Positions 7,726-15,507 of a stretch of 64,000 nt of DNA are shown here, one piece after another. Source of the stretch: Nitrospirota bacterium (lineage in GTDB: Bacteria; Nitrospirota; Nitrospiria; SBBL01; JAADHI01); NCBI GenBank assembly GCA_029261215.1, contig JAJDBT010000032.1:4002-68001 (forward strand), given 5' to 3'. Under the pieces are notes generated by a model, which was not told where the DNA came from, did no database searches, and was given only the letters and a program-made list of their open reading frames with translations. Position 1 is the first letter of the stretch, and every line of letters starts with the position of its first letter. Position numbers and translations under genes: made by a program.

Positions 7726-9579
7726 TTAATGATCATGCATCACAACGCCCACTTCAGGTCTCTCAGCCAGGCCTGAAGTTCGAGCCAGGTTTTCAAAACG
7801 CTGATTGCCCCAAAAAAATCCTCTTGGAACGGTCGTGGGAACCACCGAGACATAAAACAAGGCACGCCCGATCATCTCATGAGCGACTGCAATAAAAAAG
7901 ACCAGAGCCCAGCTCAACATCCCCCCAGCGGTTGAGGGTGGAAACAGACTAAACAGAATCGCACCAGCCATCAAAAAGCGCCAGCTCATCAAACGTAAAC
8001 GATAGATCTTCCCGTGCTGCTCTGTCATCAGCATCCGGGAAATTGCCGCCTCTTCTCCCCGCCGCGTTAACTCCCGCAGGTGGGCATGCAATGCCACACC
8101 TTGAAGAAGTAATCCGCCCGCAAAAAAAAGCGCCAGCACCCGAAGCAGCGGCGCGACAGTCACACTCGCCCACAGTCCTGTAAAACCAAAAATCAAGGCA
8201 AGCGCACTGCTTCCCAGAATGAACCCACTCGAAGCAAAAGCCGCGCCGGAATGCCAATGATCCCAGAAGGGCCGCGCCGGAATCCGATAACACCGATACA
8301 TGGCATAAATCCCTAATGGGCCAAAAACAGAAGCCGCGCTGCCAATAACGGTCGGCAACAGATTCGTAATCACATCCGGTAACCACGCTGCCAAAACAGG
8401 AAAAACCGTCACAAGGCTGTAGGCGGCGATGAGTCCATAAAATCCTCCCATTGCCGCAATTTCACGGCTCACCCAGGAATGACGCAGGTTGTTCATCGCC
8501 CGATAAAAATATTGCGGCTTGCCCAGATGCAGCGTGGACAACACGAGCCCGAAGGTTTGCAAGGCCACAATTGTAAAAAGCGTCAGCCCCATTGCAATGG
8601 GATGATTTTTAGAAGAGAACAATTCTGCGGCCGTACTGCTGACCTTTGGCAAGAGAAAAAGAGCCAGAAAAGCACCCACGGCAAACTGGGAAATCAGGGT
8701 AAACAACACCAGCGGGTCTTCCCGTGAACGAAGCTTGTCCCACCCCCAATTCACAGGAGATTTCGACTTTTTCCCCTTAATTTTATAATGAGGTGCTGCA
8801 TCCCCATCTGTAGCTGCATTCTTTGTTTGCAAGGTGTCCTGTTCATAACGGACGGGGGCGTCATCGAGTCGTTGAAAAGATTCCGGTAAGGTTTGATTGA
8901 GTTGAAAGCGGATATTTGGACGTGAAATCTTAGGATCCGTAAAAGAGGGGATCGTGAGTTTGACATCCTGTTGTTTTTTCGGAATTTCATCGATCACGCC
9001 AAAATCAAGCGCGTTCGCCAGACAGGCATCCACACAAGCAGGCTGCAAGCCCACTTCAAGGCGGTCAACACACATATTGCATTTTTGAACCTGACCTTTT
9101 TCCGTATCCAGCTGCGGCGCATTATAGGGGCACACCCAGGTACAGTACCCGCAGCCAAAACAAATTTCAGGGTCCTGCAAAACCGCGCCGTATTCCAGAT
9201 ATTTTGTGTACGCACGTGTCGGACACCCTTTCAAACAAACCGGGTCTTCGCAATGGTTGCAGGCCATCGAAATATTAATGCGCGTGACATCGGGATAAGT
9301 GCCGCCCTCGATGCTGCCCACACGCCGATACGCCATATGCGGCGCCAGGTCATTTTTTTCAGAGCACGCCGATTCACAGGCATGGCAGGCAATGCAGTTA
9401 TCCGCATTAAAATGAAAACCATGCTGTTTGTATCGATTGGGATTCGCCTCACTGTTTGGCGTGCAGCCGTAGTCGTTAATCACCAGAGGCGCACCCACAA
9501 GTTCCGGATAGTCTTTATCGAGCGCGATTGTCGTACCGTGTTGACTTTTTAGGCGTAAACCCGTTTCCGTATTACTCAT
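7726..9579 (-). CDS. Fusion protein: four-cluster 4Fe-4S ferredoxin domain (DmsB/NrfC-like) plus an 8-TM DmsC/NrfD-like membrane anchor
   Basis: Four Cys clusters are present: CIACHACESAC, CNHCEDPVCLKGCP, CFGCGYCTWVCP and CNMCVDRL...CVDAC. About 8 hydrophobic helices follow, including the LHLGKP motif. There is no twin-arginine signal. The start is set at ATG 9579 (AGGGGA SD, 10 nt after the upstream stop); the track start at 9606 would overlap the upstream gene by 17 nt. Confidence 0.8.
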   Translation of the reverse strand: MSNTETGLRLKSQHGTTIALDKDYPELVGAPLVINDYGCTPNSEANPNRYKQHGFHFNADNCIACHACESACSEKNDLAPHMAYRRVGSIEGGTYPDVTRINISMACNHCEDPVCLKGCPTRAYTKYLEYGAVLQDPEICFGCGYCTWVCPYNAPQLDTEKGQVQKCNMCVDRLEVGLQPACVDACLANALDFGVIDEIPKKQQDVKLTIPSFTDPKISRPNIRFQLNQTLPESFQRLDDAPVRYEQDTLQTKNAATDGDAAPHYKIKGKKSKSPVNWGWDKLRSREDPLVLFTLISQFAVGAFLALFLLPKVSSTAAELFSSKNHPIAMGLTLFTIVALQTFGLVLSTLHLGKPQYFYRAMNNLRHSWVSREIAAMGGFYGLIAAYSLVTVFPVLAAWLPDVITNLLPTVIGSAASVFGPLGIYAMYRCYRIPARPFWDHWHSGAAFASSGFILGSSALALIFGFTGLWASVTVAPLLRVLALFFAGGLLLQGVALHAHLRELTRRGEEAAISRMLMTEQHGKIYRLRLMSWRFLMAGAILFSLFPPSTAGGMLSWALVFFIAVAHEMIGRALFYVSVVPTTVPRGFFWGNQRFENLARTSGLAERPEVGVVMHDH

Positions 9580-9589
9580 GCCTTGTCCC

Positions 9590-11770
9590 CTAATAGGTTC
9601 GTTCATTCAAAATCGATTTGGCCGCAGCAGCCTGATCACTCACATACTCAAGCCGTACGGCGGATTGTTTGTAGGCGGGCTGCCTTGAATAAGGATCAAG
9701 CAGGCCCAGCGCCAAGCGGTTGACACAGTTGTAATAATGCATGGGAATAAAGATGGCGTTCTCTGCCACCCGCTCCGTCAACTGCGCCAATACAAGCGCA
9801 GAGGAACGGCGCGACACCACCCGGACATAATCCATGGACTGAATCCCCAGTTTCTCGGCAGTTCTTGCGTTAATCTCCATAAAAGGCGTTGGGCTAAATT
9901 TGTTGATATTTCCAATTTTTCCGGTCTTGGTCCGTGTGTGCCAATGCTCCACCAGCCGACCCGTATTCAGCCAAAACGGATAGTCCTCATCAGGCACTTC
10001 ATTGTTGTCGATAAAAGGGAGAGGGATGAGCTTGGCCTTGCCGTCCGAAAATTTGAATTGGCCGTCCGTATAAAGACGTGGACTGCCTTGGGGGTTTTTA
10101 TCGTTACAGGGCCATTGAATACCCCGCGCCGCCTCGATTTTATCGTGGCTCATGCCCGAATAGTCACAAAGCCGCCCCCTGGACGCCTCACGAATTTCAT
10201 CAAACACGGCCTCGGAAGCTTCTGCAAAAGGCATGTCTTTGGCACGTTCAAAGTATTTGGCCAACTGGGTGAAAATCCAAAGATCCGGTTTTGCCTGACC
10301 TGGCGGTTCAACCACTTTTCGCACCAGATTCACACGTCGTTCCGTATTGGTAAACACCCCGGTCTTTTCTCCCCACAAGGCCGCAGGTAAAAAAATATGG
10401 GCCGACTCGGCCGTTTCGACATCCGCGTAGGCATCCTGCACCACCAGAAATTCAAGCTGTTCCAATATTTTTCTGATTTTTGGACTATTGGGCATGGAGG
10501 TCATCGGATTGGTGGCAATGAGCCAAAGGCCCTTGATTTCACCACGCTCGATGGCGGGGAAAATATCTGTTTCGGTCAAGCCGCGTTTTTCGGGAAAGTG
10601 TCGGGCATCAACCCCCCAAAAATCAGCCGCAAAGGCGCGGTCTTCCGCATTTTCCAACTGCCGGTAGCCTGGGAGTCCGGAACAGGAAGAAAACTCGCGT
10701 GTGCCCATTGCGTTACACTGTCCCGTAATCGAAAGCGATGTGCCGCCGGGTTTCCCGATATTGCCCGTCATCAGGTTTAAATTGTTAATCGCCACCACAC
10801 CGTCAGAGCCATGTGTGGATTGATTGATGCCCATCGTCCAGATCGTCATCGCGGCACCTGCACCGGCATATATACGGGCGGCTTTTCGGATCATTTTTGC
10901 AGGGATGCCGCAGATGGGTTCGGCCATTTCCGGGCTGTACTGATCCACCAATGCCTCAAAATCCTGAAATCCATTGGTATGTGCCTGGATATAATCTTTA
11001 TCCTCCAGGCCTTCTTTTAAGATCACGTGAGCCATTGCGTTTAAGAGCACAAGATCCGTACCGGGGGTGATGGGCAGATGCATATCCGCCATTTGAGCAA
11101 ACATGGTCACACGGGGGTCCACCACAATAATGGGAAAGCGGCGGCGGTCGTAAGCTTCTTTTAAGCGGTAATAGATAATGGGGTGCTGCTCCGGCAGATT
11201 GGAGCCGATCGCAAGCAGACAGCCCGTGTGTTCAAAATCGTCATAACACCCTGGCGGTCCGTCACTGCCAAAAGACCGTTTGTAGCCGGAAACAGCGGAA
11301 GCCATGCACAAAGTGGTGTTGCCATCGTAATTGTTGGTGCCAATGACGCCTCGAACCAGCTTTCCCAGGGTGTAAAATTCTTCAGTGTAGATTTGACCTG
11401 TGGACACGATGGCAAAACTGTCTCGGCCATACAAGGCTTGAATTCTTGAAATTTCCGAAGCTGTTTTTCTTAAGGACTCGTCCCAGCTTGTTTCTAAAAA
11501 GGGGTCTGCACGGTCTTTTCGAATCAGCGGTGCGACACCTCGGTTTTTGGACTCAAACACTTCATATTCATAAATCCCTTTTAAACACAGTTTCCCTCGA
11601 TTCACATCGGCATTTTCTACACCGCGGGCCGTCACGGCCTTCCCCGCTTTGTCCACCCCGACTTCAAGAGAACACCCGGTAGAACAATAACCGCAGGTGG
11701 TATACACCCACTTTTCAACCGGCTTTACGGGTAATTGAATCGGATTTTTATGCAAACGTCCAAATAACAT
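9590..11770 (-). CDS. Molybdopterin (bis-MGD) oxidoreductase, Nas/Nap-clade nitrate reductase catalytic subunit, no Tat signal
   Basis: N-terminal C-x2-C-x3-C-x28-C FeS motif (TTCGYCSTGC...LCLKG). The Mo-ligand segment NTTLCMASAVSGY is typical of NapA/NasA/NarB and differs from the Sec/Cys-His of formate dehydrogenases. The protein is 726 aa, about the size of NarB/NasA, and sits next to nirDB. Confidence 0.75.
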   Translation of the reverse strand: MLFGRLHKNPIQLPVKPVEKWVYTTCGYCSTGCSLEVGVDKAGKAVTARGVENADVNRGKLCLKGIYEYEVFESKNRGVAPLIRKDRADPFLETSWDESLRKTASEISRIQALYGRDSFAIVSTGQIYTEEFYTLGKLVRGVIGTNNYDGNTTLCMASAVSGYKRSFGSDGPPGCYDDFEHTGCLLAIGSNLPEQHPIIYYRLKEAYDRRRFPIIVVDPRVTMFAQMADMHLPITPGTDLVLLNAMAHVILKEGLEDKDYIQAHTNGFQDFEALVDQYSPEMAEPICGIPAKMIRKAARIYAGAGAAMTIWTMGINQSTHGSDGVVAINNLNLMTGNIGKPGGTSLSITGQCNAMGTREFSSCSGLPGYRQLENAEDRAFAADFWGVDARHFPEKRGLTETDIFPAIERGEIKGLWLIATNPMTSMPNSPKIRKILEQLEFLVVQDAYADVETAESAHIFLPAALWGEKTGVFTNTERRVNLVRKVVEPPGQAKPDLWIFTQLAKYFERAKDMPFAEASEAVFDEIREASRGRLCDYSGMSHDKIEAARGIQWPCNDKNPQGSPRLYTDGQFKFSDGKAKLIPLPFIDNNEVPDEDYPFWLNTGRLVEHWHTRTKTGKIGNINKFSPTPFMEINARTAEKLGIQSMDYVRVVSRRSSALVLAQLTERVAENAIFIPMHYYNCVNRLALGLLDPYSRQPAYKQSAVRLEYVSDQAAAAKSILNERTY

Positions 11771-11783
11771 GTGTCCTCACTAC

Positions 11784-11821
11784 AAAAAAAGGCGCATAGA
11801 CCAACATTCGATCTAGGCGCC
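11784..11821 (-). terminator. Intrinsic-terminator-like hairpin 13 nt upstream of the nitrate reductase start (putative attenuator)
   Basis: The minus strand reads GGCGCCUAGAUC-GAAUGUU-GGUCUAUGCGCC followed by U7, then GUAGUGAGGACAC-AUG. Both stem arms are near-identical to those of the hairpin at 7437-7471. Confidence 0.6.
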
Positions 11822-11831
11822 TTAGCCAAAA

Positions 11832-11851
11832 GAAACACGTCCTTGTGTTTC
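11832..11851 (-). promoter_or_regulatory. Leader hairpin with hexaloop AAGGAC (ANTAR-target-like)
   Basis: The minus strand reads GAAACAC-AAGGAC-GUGUUUC, a 7-bp stem whose hexaloop has A at position 1 and G at position 4. It lies 10 nt upstream of the terminator 5' arm. Confidence 0.35.
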
Positions 11852-12052
11852 GAACACTTTTATAAAAGCAATATCAGTGCCTTTTTCTAAAAAAAGGCTT
11901 AAACCGCGTTATAACAGACCTAAAAGCATGATGTTCAATAAAACCTGTTTTTTTTAACAGTAGATACGGAACAAAAAACCAACAACTTTGTCGGAAGTCC
12001 GACGAAAAAGAACGATTCAGCCCTGTCCAAGATAGAAGAGAAAACCAGGTCA

Positions 12053-13966
12053 CTATGGATTCAGCGTCAACTGAATGTCATAGGCGCCCAAGAGTCCCGC
12101 CGAAGGCGGGGCATTTTCAGAGCGCATGACTTCAACGGTAAAGGTTCCAGTTTCGGCCGCCGTAAAGGTAATAGACGCCGCGAGCGTGTCTTTGTCATTT
12201 TTTGGGCAGTTGCTGAACCCGGTAAAAGGATTCACGCCGCAAGAAAAGTAGTCGGCGTTACCGGGGTTGTCATTTGTACTGATTGACACACCCGATGGAT
12301 TTTTGATCGTCAAAAAGGGATCTGCCCCATTTGAAAGGTTGAATGTGTTCACAGTGTAGGAGCTTCCCGATGCCGCATTAAACGAGATCACGTCAATGTC
12401 ACCCACAGGGTCAGTCGCATTTAGATAGAGCGTATGATGTTGGGTTGAGCCCACAATGAGTGTAGCTTCAGGGACGTTCAGACCCGCTTCCGATGCATCG
12501 GCAAAAAGTTCGACTTCCCTTCCTTGCAAAAGGGTTTGAAAATCACTGTTAAAAGAAGAAGTCTCACTTCGGATCGAAAACTGCGTCCAGAAGGTCTCAA
12601 GCGTTGTGGGTTTGTCCGCAGGAAAACTTAAAAAGGTGTGAAAGATTTCTGTAAAGCTCAGATCGACCGGATCATTCTCACCGCCACTGCTCTGAACACC
12701 ATCAAAAAGATCCCATAAAATCCCGGAGACTGAAATTTCACTCGTAGTGAAAATCGCAAGTGACGGAAGCTGTCCCACTGACGGAGCAGTATAGTCTTCC
12801 ATATTAATAGAAAGCGCACCGTTAGAGAAGGTGTCCAGGTACACCGGTGAATTCCGCATGGCGAGAGAGAAGAAGTTTGCCCAGCCTTCCGACCAGCTGA
12901 GCCGAATATCCTGATCATTGTCTGTAAAAGTATGGAATCCACCCGGAGAGTCATCCCTCAAAAACTTGCTGACAATAAAATGACCGTATTCGTGAATAAT
13001 CACTGAATCATCATATTCGTCCGAGTCACTCTGGCTGCCCAGCAGTGAGATCGCATCTGCAACATCATCATAAAAAGTTCCTTCCGTGCTGCCCGGCTCC
13101 CAATACACCGTCACCAGGGGCGGCACACAGTCGGGGAAGGGCGATGCGAGGCAGGAGTTAACCGCCTGCACAAAAACACTCGCATCCATCAGAACATCCA
13201 TAATATTAAAGGCCCCGCCGATTCTGTTTGCTGCAGTGGCCAGCAAATTCTGTGTGGCTGAAAAAGTCCCGCCACCGACGCTATCGTCTACGCCCGGAGA
13301 GATGAACCAAAGGACTTCTTTAGTCGTTTTGTTATCTTTGATTTCAATTTTTGTCTTCTGTGTCACATCCGTTTTGCTGAACACCTTAAGAAATACCCCG
13401 CCGCTGTTCTGGCTGTTATCGACCGTCAGGCTGAAATCGCCATCGCCATTCGTCGTTGAAGTCCCGAGCGAAACAAAGCCATCGATCGCAATGACCTCAA
13501 TCACGGCATTTCGAATCGGCTTTGACGTGAGTACCCCCGTAAACCCATTTTGGTTAAATTCACGGTCTTCATAGCTGGCCTTCCCGGAAAGTGAGAGCGA
13601 TGCAGCTCCCAGATTCGCACTCCTGGCCCAGAGAATCGCCGTGCCGCTCACGCCAGCGGAGCTTGCAGTAATGACGGCAACACCCACCTGGTTTGCAGTG
13701 ACAAGCCCATTGGGGTTTACTGAAATCGTAACACTGTCATCCGACTGCCAGGTAAAAACAGCATCTTGAACCACCTCTCCTGTCGAAAGCCGTAAGGTCG
13801 CCGTCAACTGCAAACCCTCTCCTCCAACCACTAGCGTCTTTGTGCTCGGGGTAATGGTAATCGTATTTATTTGAGGCCCAGGAATGCTGTTGCTGCTATT
13901 GTTTTTACAACCATAGCCGAACAAGAGTAGGCTCATAAAAATCAGGGGGAGTATTTTGATTTTCAA
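12053..13966 (-). CDS. Secreted/lipoprotein zinc metalloprotease with Big_2-like, CarboxypepD_reg-like and C-terminal PPC-like domains
   Basis: HExxH motif (IIHEYGHFIV). An Ig-like segment follows the signal peptide, then VIEVIAIDG...NGDGDFSL (carboxypeptidase-regulatory-like), and a beta-rich C-terminus. The start is set at TTG 13966, giving the signal MKIKILPLIFMSLLLFGYGC; the track start at 14035 is also TTG and overlaps the upstream gene. Confidence 0.7.
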   Translation of the reverse strand: MKIKILPLIFMSLLLFGYGCKNNSSNSIPGPQINTITITPSTKTLVVGGEGLQLTATLRLSTGEVVQDAVFTWQSDDSVTISVNPNGLVTANQVGVAVITASSAGVSGTAILWARSANLGAASLSLSGKASYEDREFNQNGFTGVLTSKPIRNAVIEVIAIDGFVSLGTSTTNGDGDFSLTVDNSQNSGGVFLKVFSKTDVTQKTKIEIKDNKTTKEVLWFISPGVDDSVGGGTFSATQNLLATAANRIGGAFNIMDVLMDASVFVQAVNSCLASPFPDCVPPLVTVYWEPGSTEGTFYDDVADAISLLGSQSDSDEYDDSVIIHEYGHFIVSKFLRDDSPGGFHTFTDNDQDIRLSWSEGWANFFSLAMRNSPVYLDTFSNGALSINMEDYTAPSVGQLPSLAIFTTSEISVSGILWDLFDGVQSSGGENDPVDLSFTEIFHTFLSFPADKPTTLETFWTQFSIRSETSSFNSDFQTLLQGREVELFADASEAGLNVPEATLIVGSTQHHTLYLNATDPVGDIDVISFNAASGSSYTVNTFNLSNGADPFLTIKNPSGVSISTNDNPGNADYFSCGVNPFTGFSNCPKNDKDTLAASITFTAAETGTFTVEVMRSENAPPSAGLLGAYDIQLTLNP

Positions 13967-13973
13967 TACGTGT

Positions 13974-14441
13974 TTACTTTCTGAAGTCAAAAATGGATCG
14001 CTGGTTTCCTTCGCGATGGGCGGGGGGACCGGCAAGCGAGCGGTCTTGCCTCAAATCATTTAGGGTCAATTGGTTTTTTTGAACAAATTCCACGCCGTTT
14101 TTCAATCGGATCGTGGCCTTCCCTCCAATCACCGGGTTCACGCCGCTACTGCGAACGGTCCTGATTTTAATCTCTTGTTTATCACCGGCCTGAAGCCGCC
14201 CTTCCCATTCAAGCTCTCCGTCAATCAGCACAATTTCAAGAGGAAGGTCGATGAAAAGCCTGAGAGATTCGGTATCCACATGAACCTGTGCGGTGAGGGT
14301 AATTTCCGTTTCATCGGATGAAAGATTGTTTTGTTGAAATGTCACCTGAACTGGCGGGCGTAACTTGGCCGAATAGACGGATTGAGGCAAAAGGGAGATT
14401 AAAAAGACCATCAGGGAAAAGATCATTTTGCCTTTGAACAT
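13974..14441 (-). CDS. Small secreted hypothetical protein (beta-rich)
   Basis: Signal peptide MFKGKMIFSLMVFLISLLPQSVYSA. The ATG at 14441 has a GAGGA SD. Its stop lies 7 nt before the protease start. Confidence 0.6.
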   Translation of the reverse strand: MFKGKMIFSLMVFLISLLPQSVYSAKLRPPVQVTFQQNNLSSDETEITLTAQVHVDTESLRLFIDLPLEIVLIDGELEWEGRLQAGDKQEIKIRTVRSSGVNPVIGGKATIRLKNGVEFVQKNQLTLNDLRQDRSLAGPPAHREGNQRSIFDFRK

Positions 14442-14498
14442 ATTATCCTCTTTATAAAAAAACAGAGAAACGCGTGGACTCACTTCTATACGCGAATA

Positions 14499-15461
14499 TT
14501 AGATCACCCTATTTGGGACAATGCTCCCCTGGAAGGCCGTCAATAAATTCTCCATCACCATGAACCCCATTTTAACACGGGTTTCCAAGGAAGCCGAACC
14601 GATATGCGGCAGGGTGACCACATTTTTCAGTCGGAGGAGTTCCGGCGAGATCCTCGGCTCTGCTTCAAAGACATCAAGCCCTGCTCCTGCGATCCAATTT
14701 TCTGCCAAGGCCTGACAAAGCGCCTTTTCATCCACAATCGGCCCGCGAGAGGTATTGATTAAAAAAGCACCAGGCTTCATGCGCCGCAAGGCGTCTTGAT
14801 CAATGAGGTGCCGAGAAGCGTCATTTAAGGGAAGATGAAGCGAGACATAATCTGAGGCTTCGAGTAATTCAGACAAGGGAAGAGACCTTACGCCAAGGGC
14901 GGTCTCTTCGGCTTTGGGGAGTGCGTGACGGCTAAAATAAACAATGTTCATCTTAAACCCGGCGGCACGCCGTGCAACCGCTTTTCCAATACGGCCCATC
15001 CCGATCAAACCCAGGGTTTTTCCAAAAACATCCACCCCCATCAGCTCGGTCGGCGCCCATCCCGTCCATTTTCCGGATTGCACCCACTGATGGGCCTCGC
15101 AGATCCTCCGGGCGATTGCCATGAGCAGAACCCAGGTCAGATCTGCGGTGGTTTCAGTCAAGACCCCCGGCGTATTGGTGACGGCGATTTGCCGCGCTTT
15201 TGCAGCTTCAAGGTCGATATTGTTGTATCCAACGGCATAGTTGGCCACGATTTTTAAAGATCGTCCGGCTTCGAGCACTTCACGGTCGATGGTGTCGCTC
15301 AACATGGAAATCATCCCCTCGGCGGCTTGAATGCCTTCCATAATCTGCACCTTGCTGAGCGGAAGATCCGCCGGATTGCAGCGCAGATCAAACGCCGCTT
15401 TTAAACGATCCATCACGGGTTCCGGCAAAACCCGTGTCGAAAAAATAATCGGTTTGGACAT
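14499..15461 (-). CDS. D-isomer-specific 2-hydroxyacid dehydrogenase (glyoxylate/hydroxypyruvate reductase-like)
   Basis: NAD site GLIGMGRIGKAVA and catalytic-region motifs (NTSRGPIVDE, LDVFEAEP, PHIGSAS). Confidence 0.85.
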   Translation of the reverse strand: MSKPIIFSTRVLPEPVMDRLKAAFDLRCNPADLPLSKVQIMEGIQAAEGMISMLSDTIDREVLEAGRSLKIVANYAVGYNNIDLEAAKARQIAVTNTPGVLTETTADLTWVLLMAIARRICEAHQWVQSGKWTGWAPTELMGVDVFGKTLGLIGMGRIGKAVARRAAGFKMNIVYFSRHALPKAEETALGVRSLPLSELLEASDYVSLHLPLNDASRHLIDQDALRRMKPGAFLINTSRGPIVDEKALCQALAENWIAGAGLDVFEAEPRISPELLRLKNVVTLPHIGSASLETRVKMGFMVMENLLTAFQGSIVPNRVI

Positions 15462-15507
15462 ACATAGATCCTATCTGATGTTCATTCAGCTTATTTCCGA
15501 TCAGCAC

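Noticed and set aside
8971-10390. 193-aa and 217-aa plus-strand ORFs antisense to the FeS/anchor and molybdoenzyme genes
   Set aside because: Both are fully embedded in well-supported minus-strand genes, with Arg-rich antisense composition and no recognisable domains.
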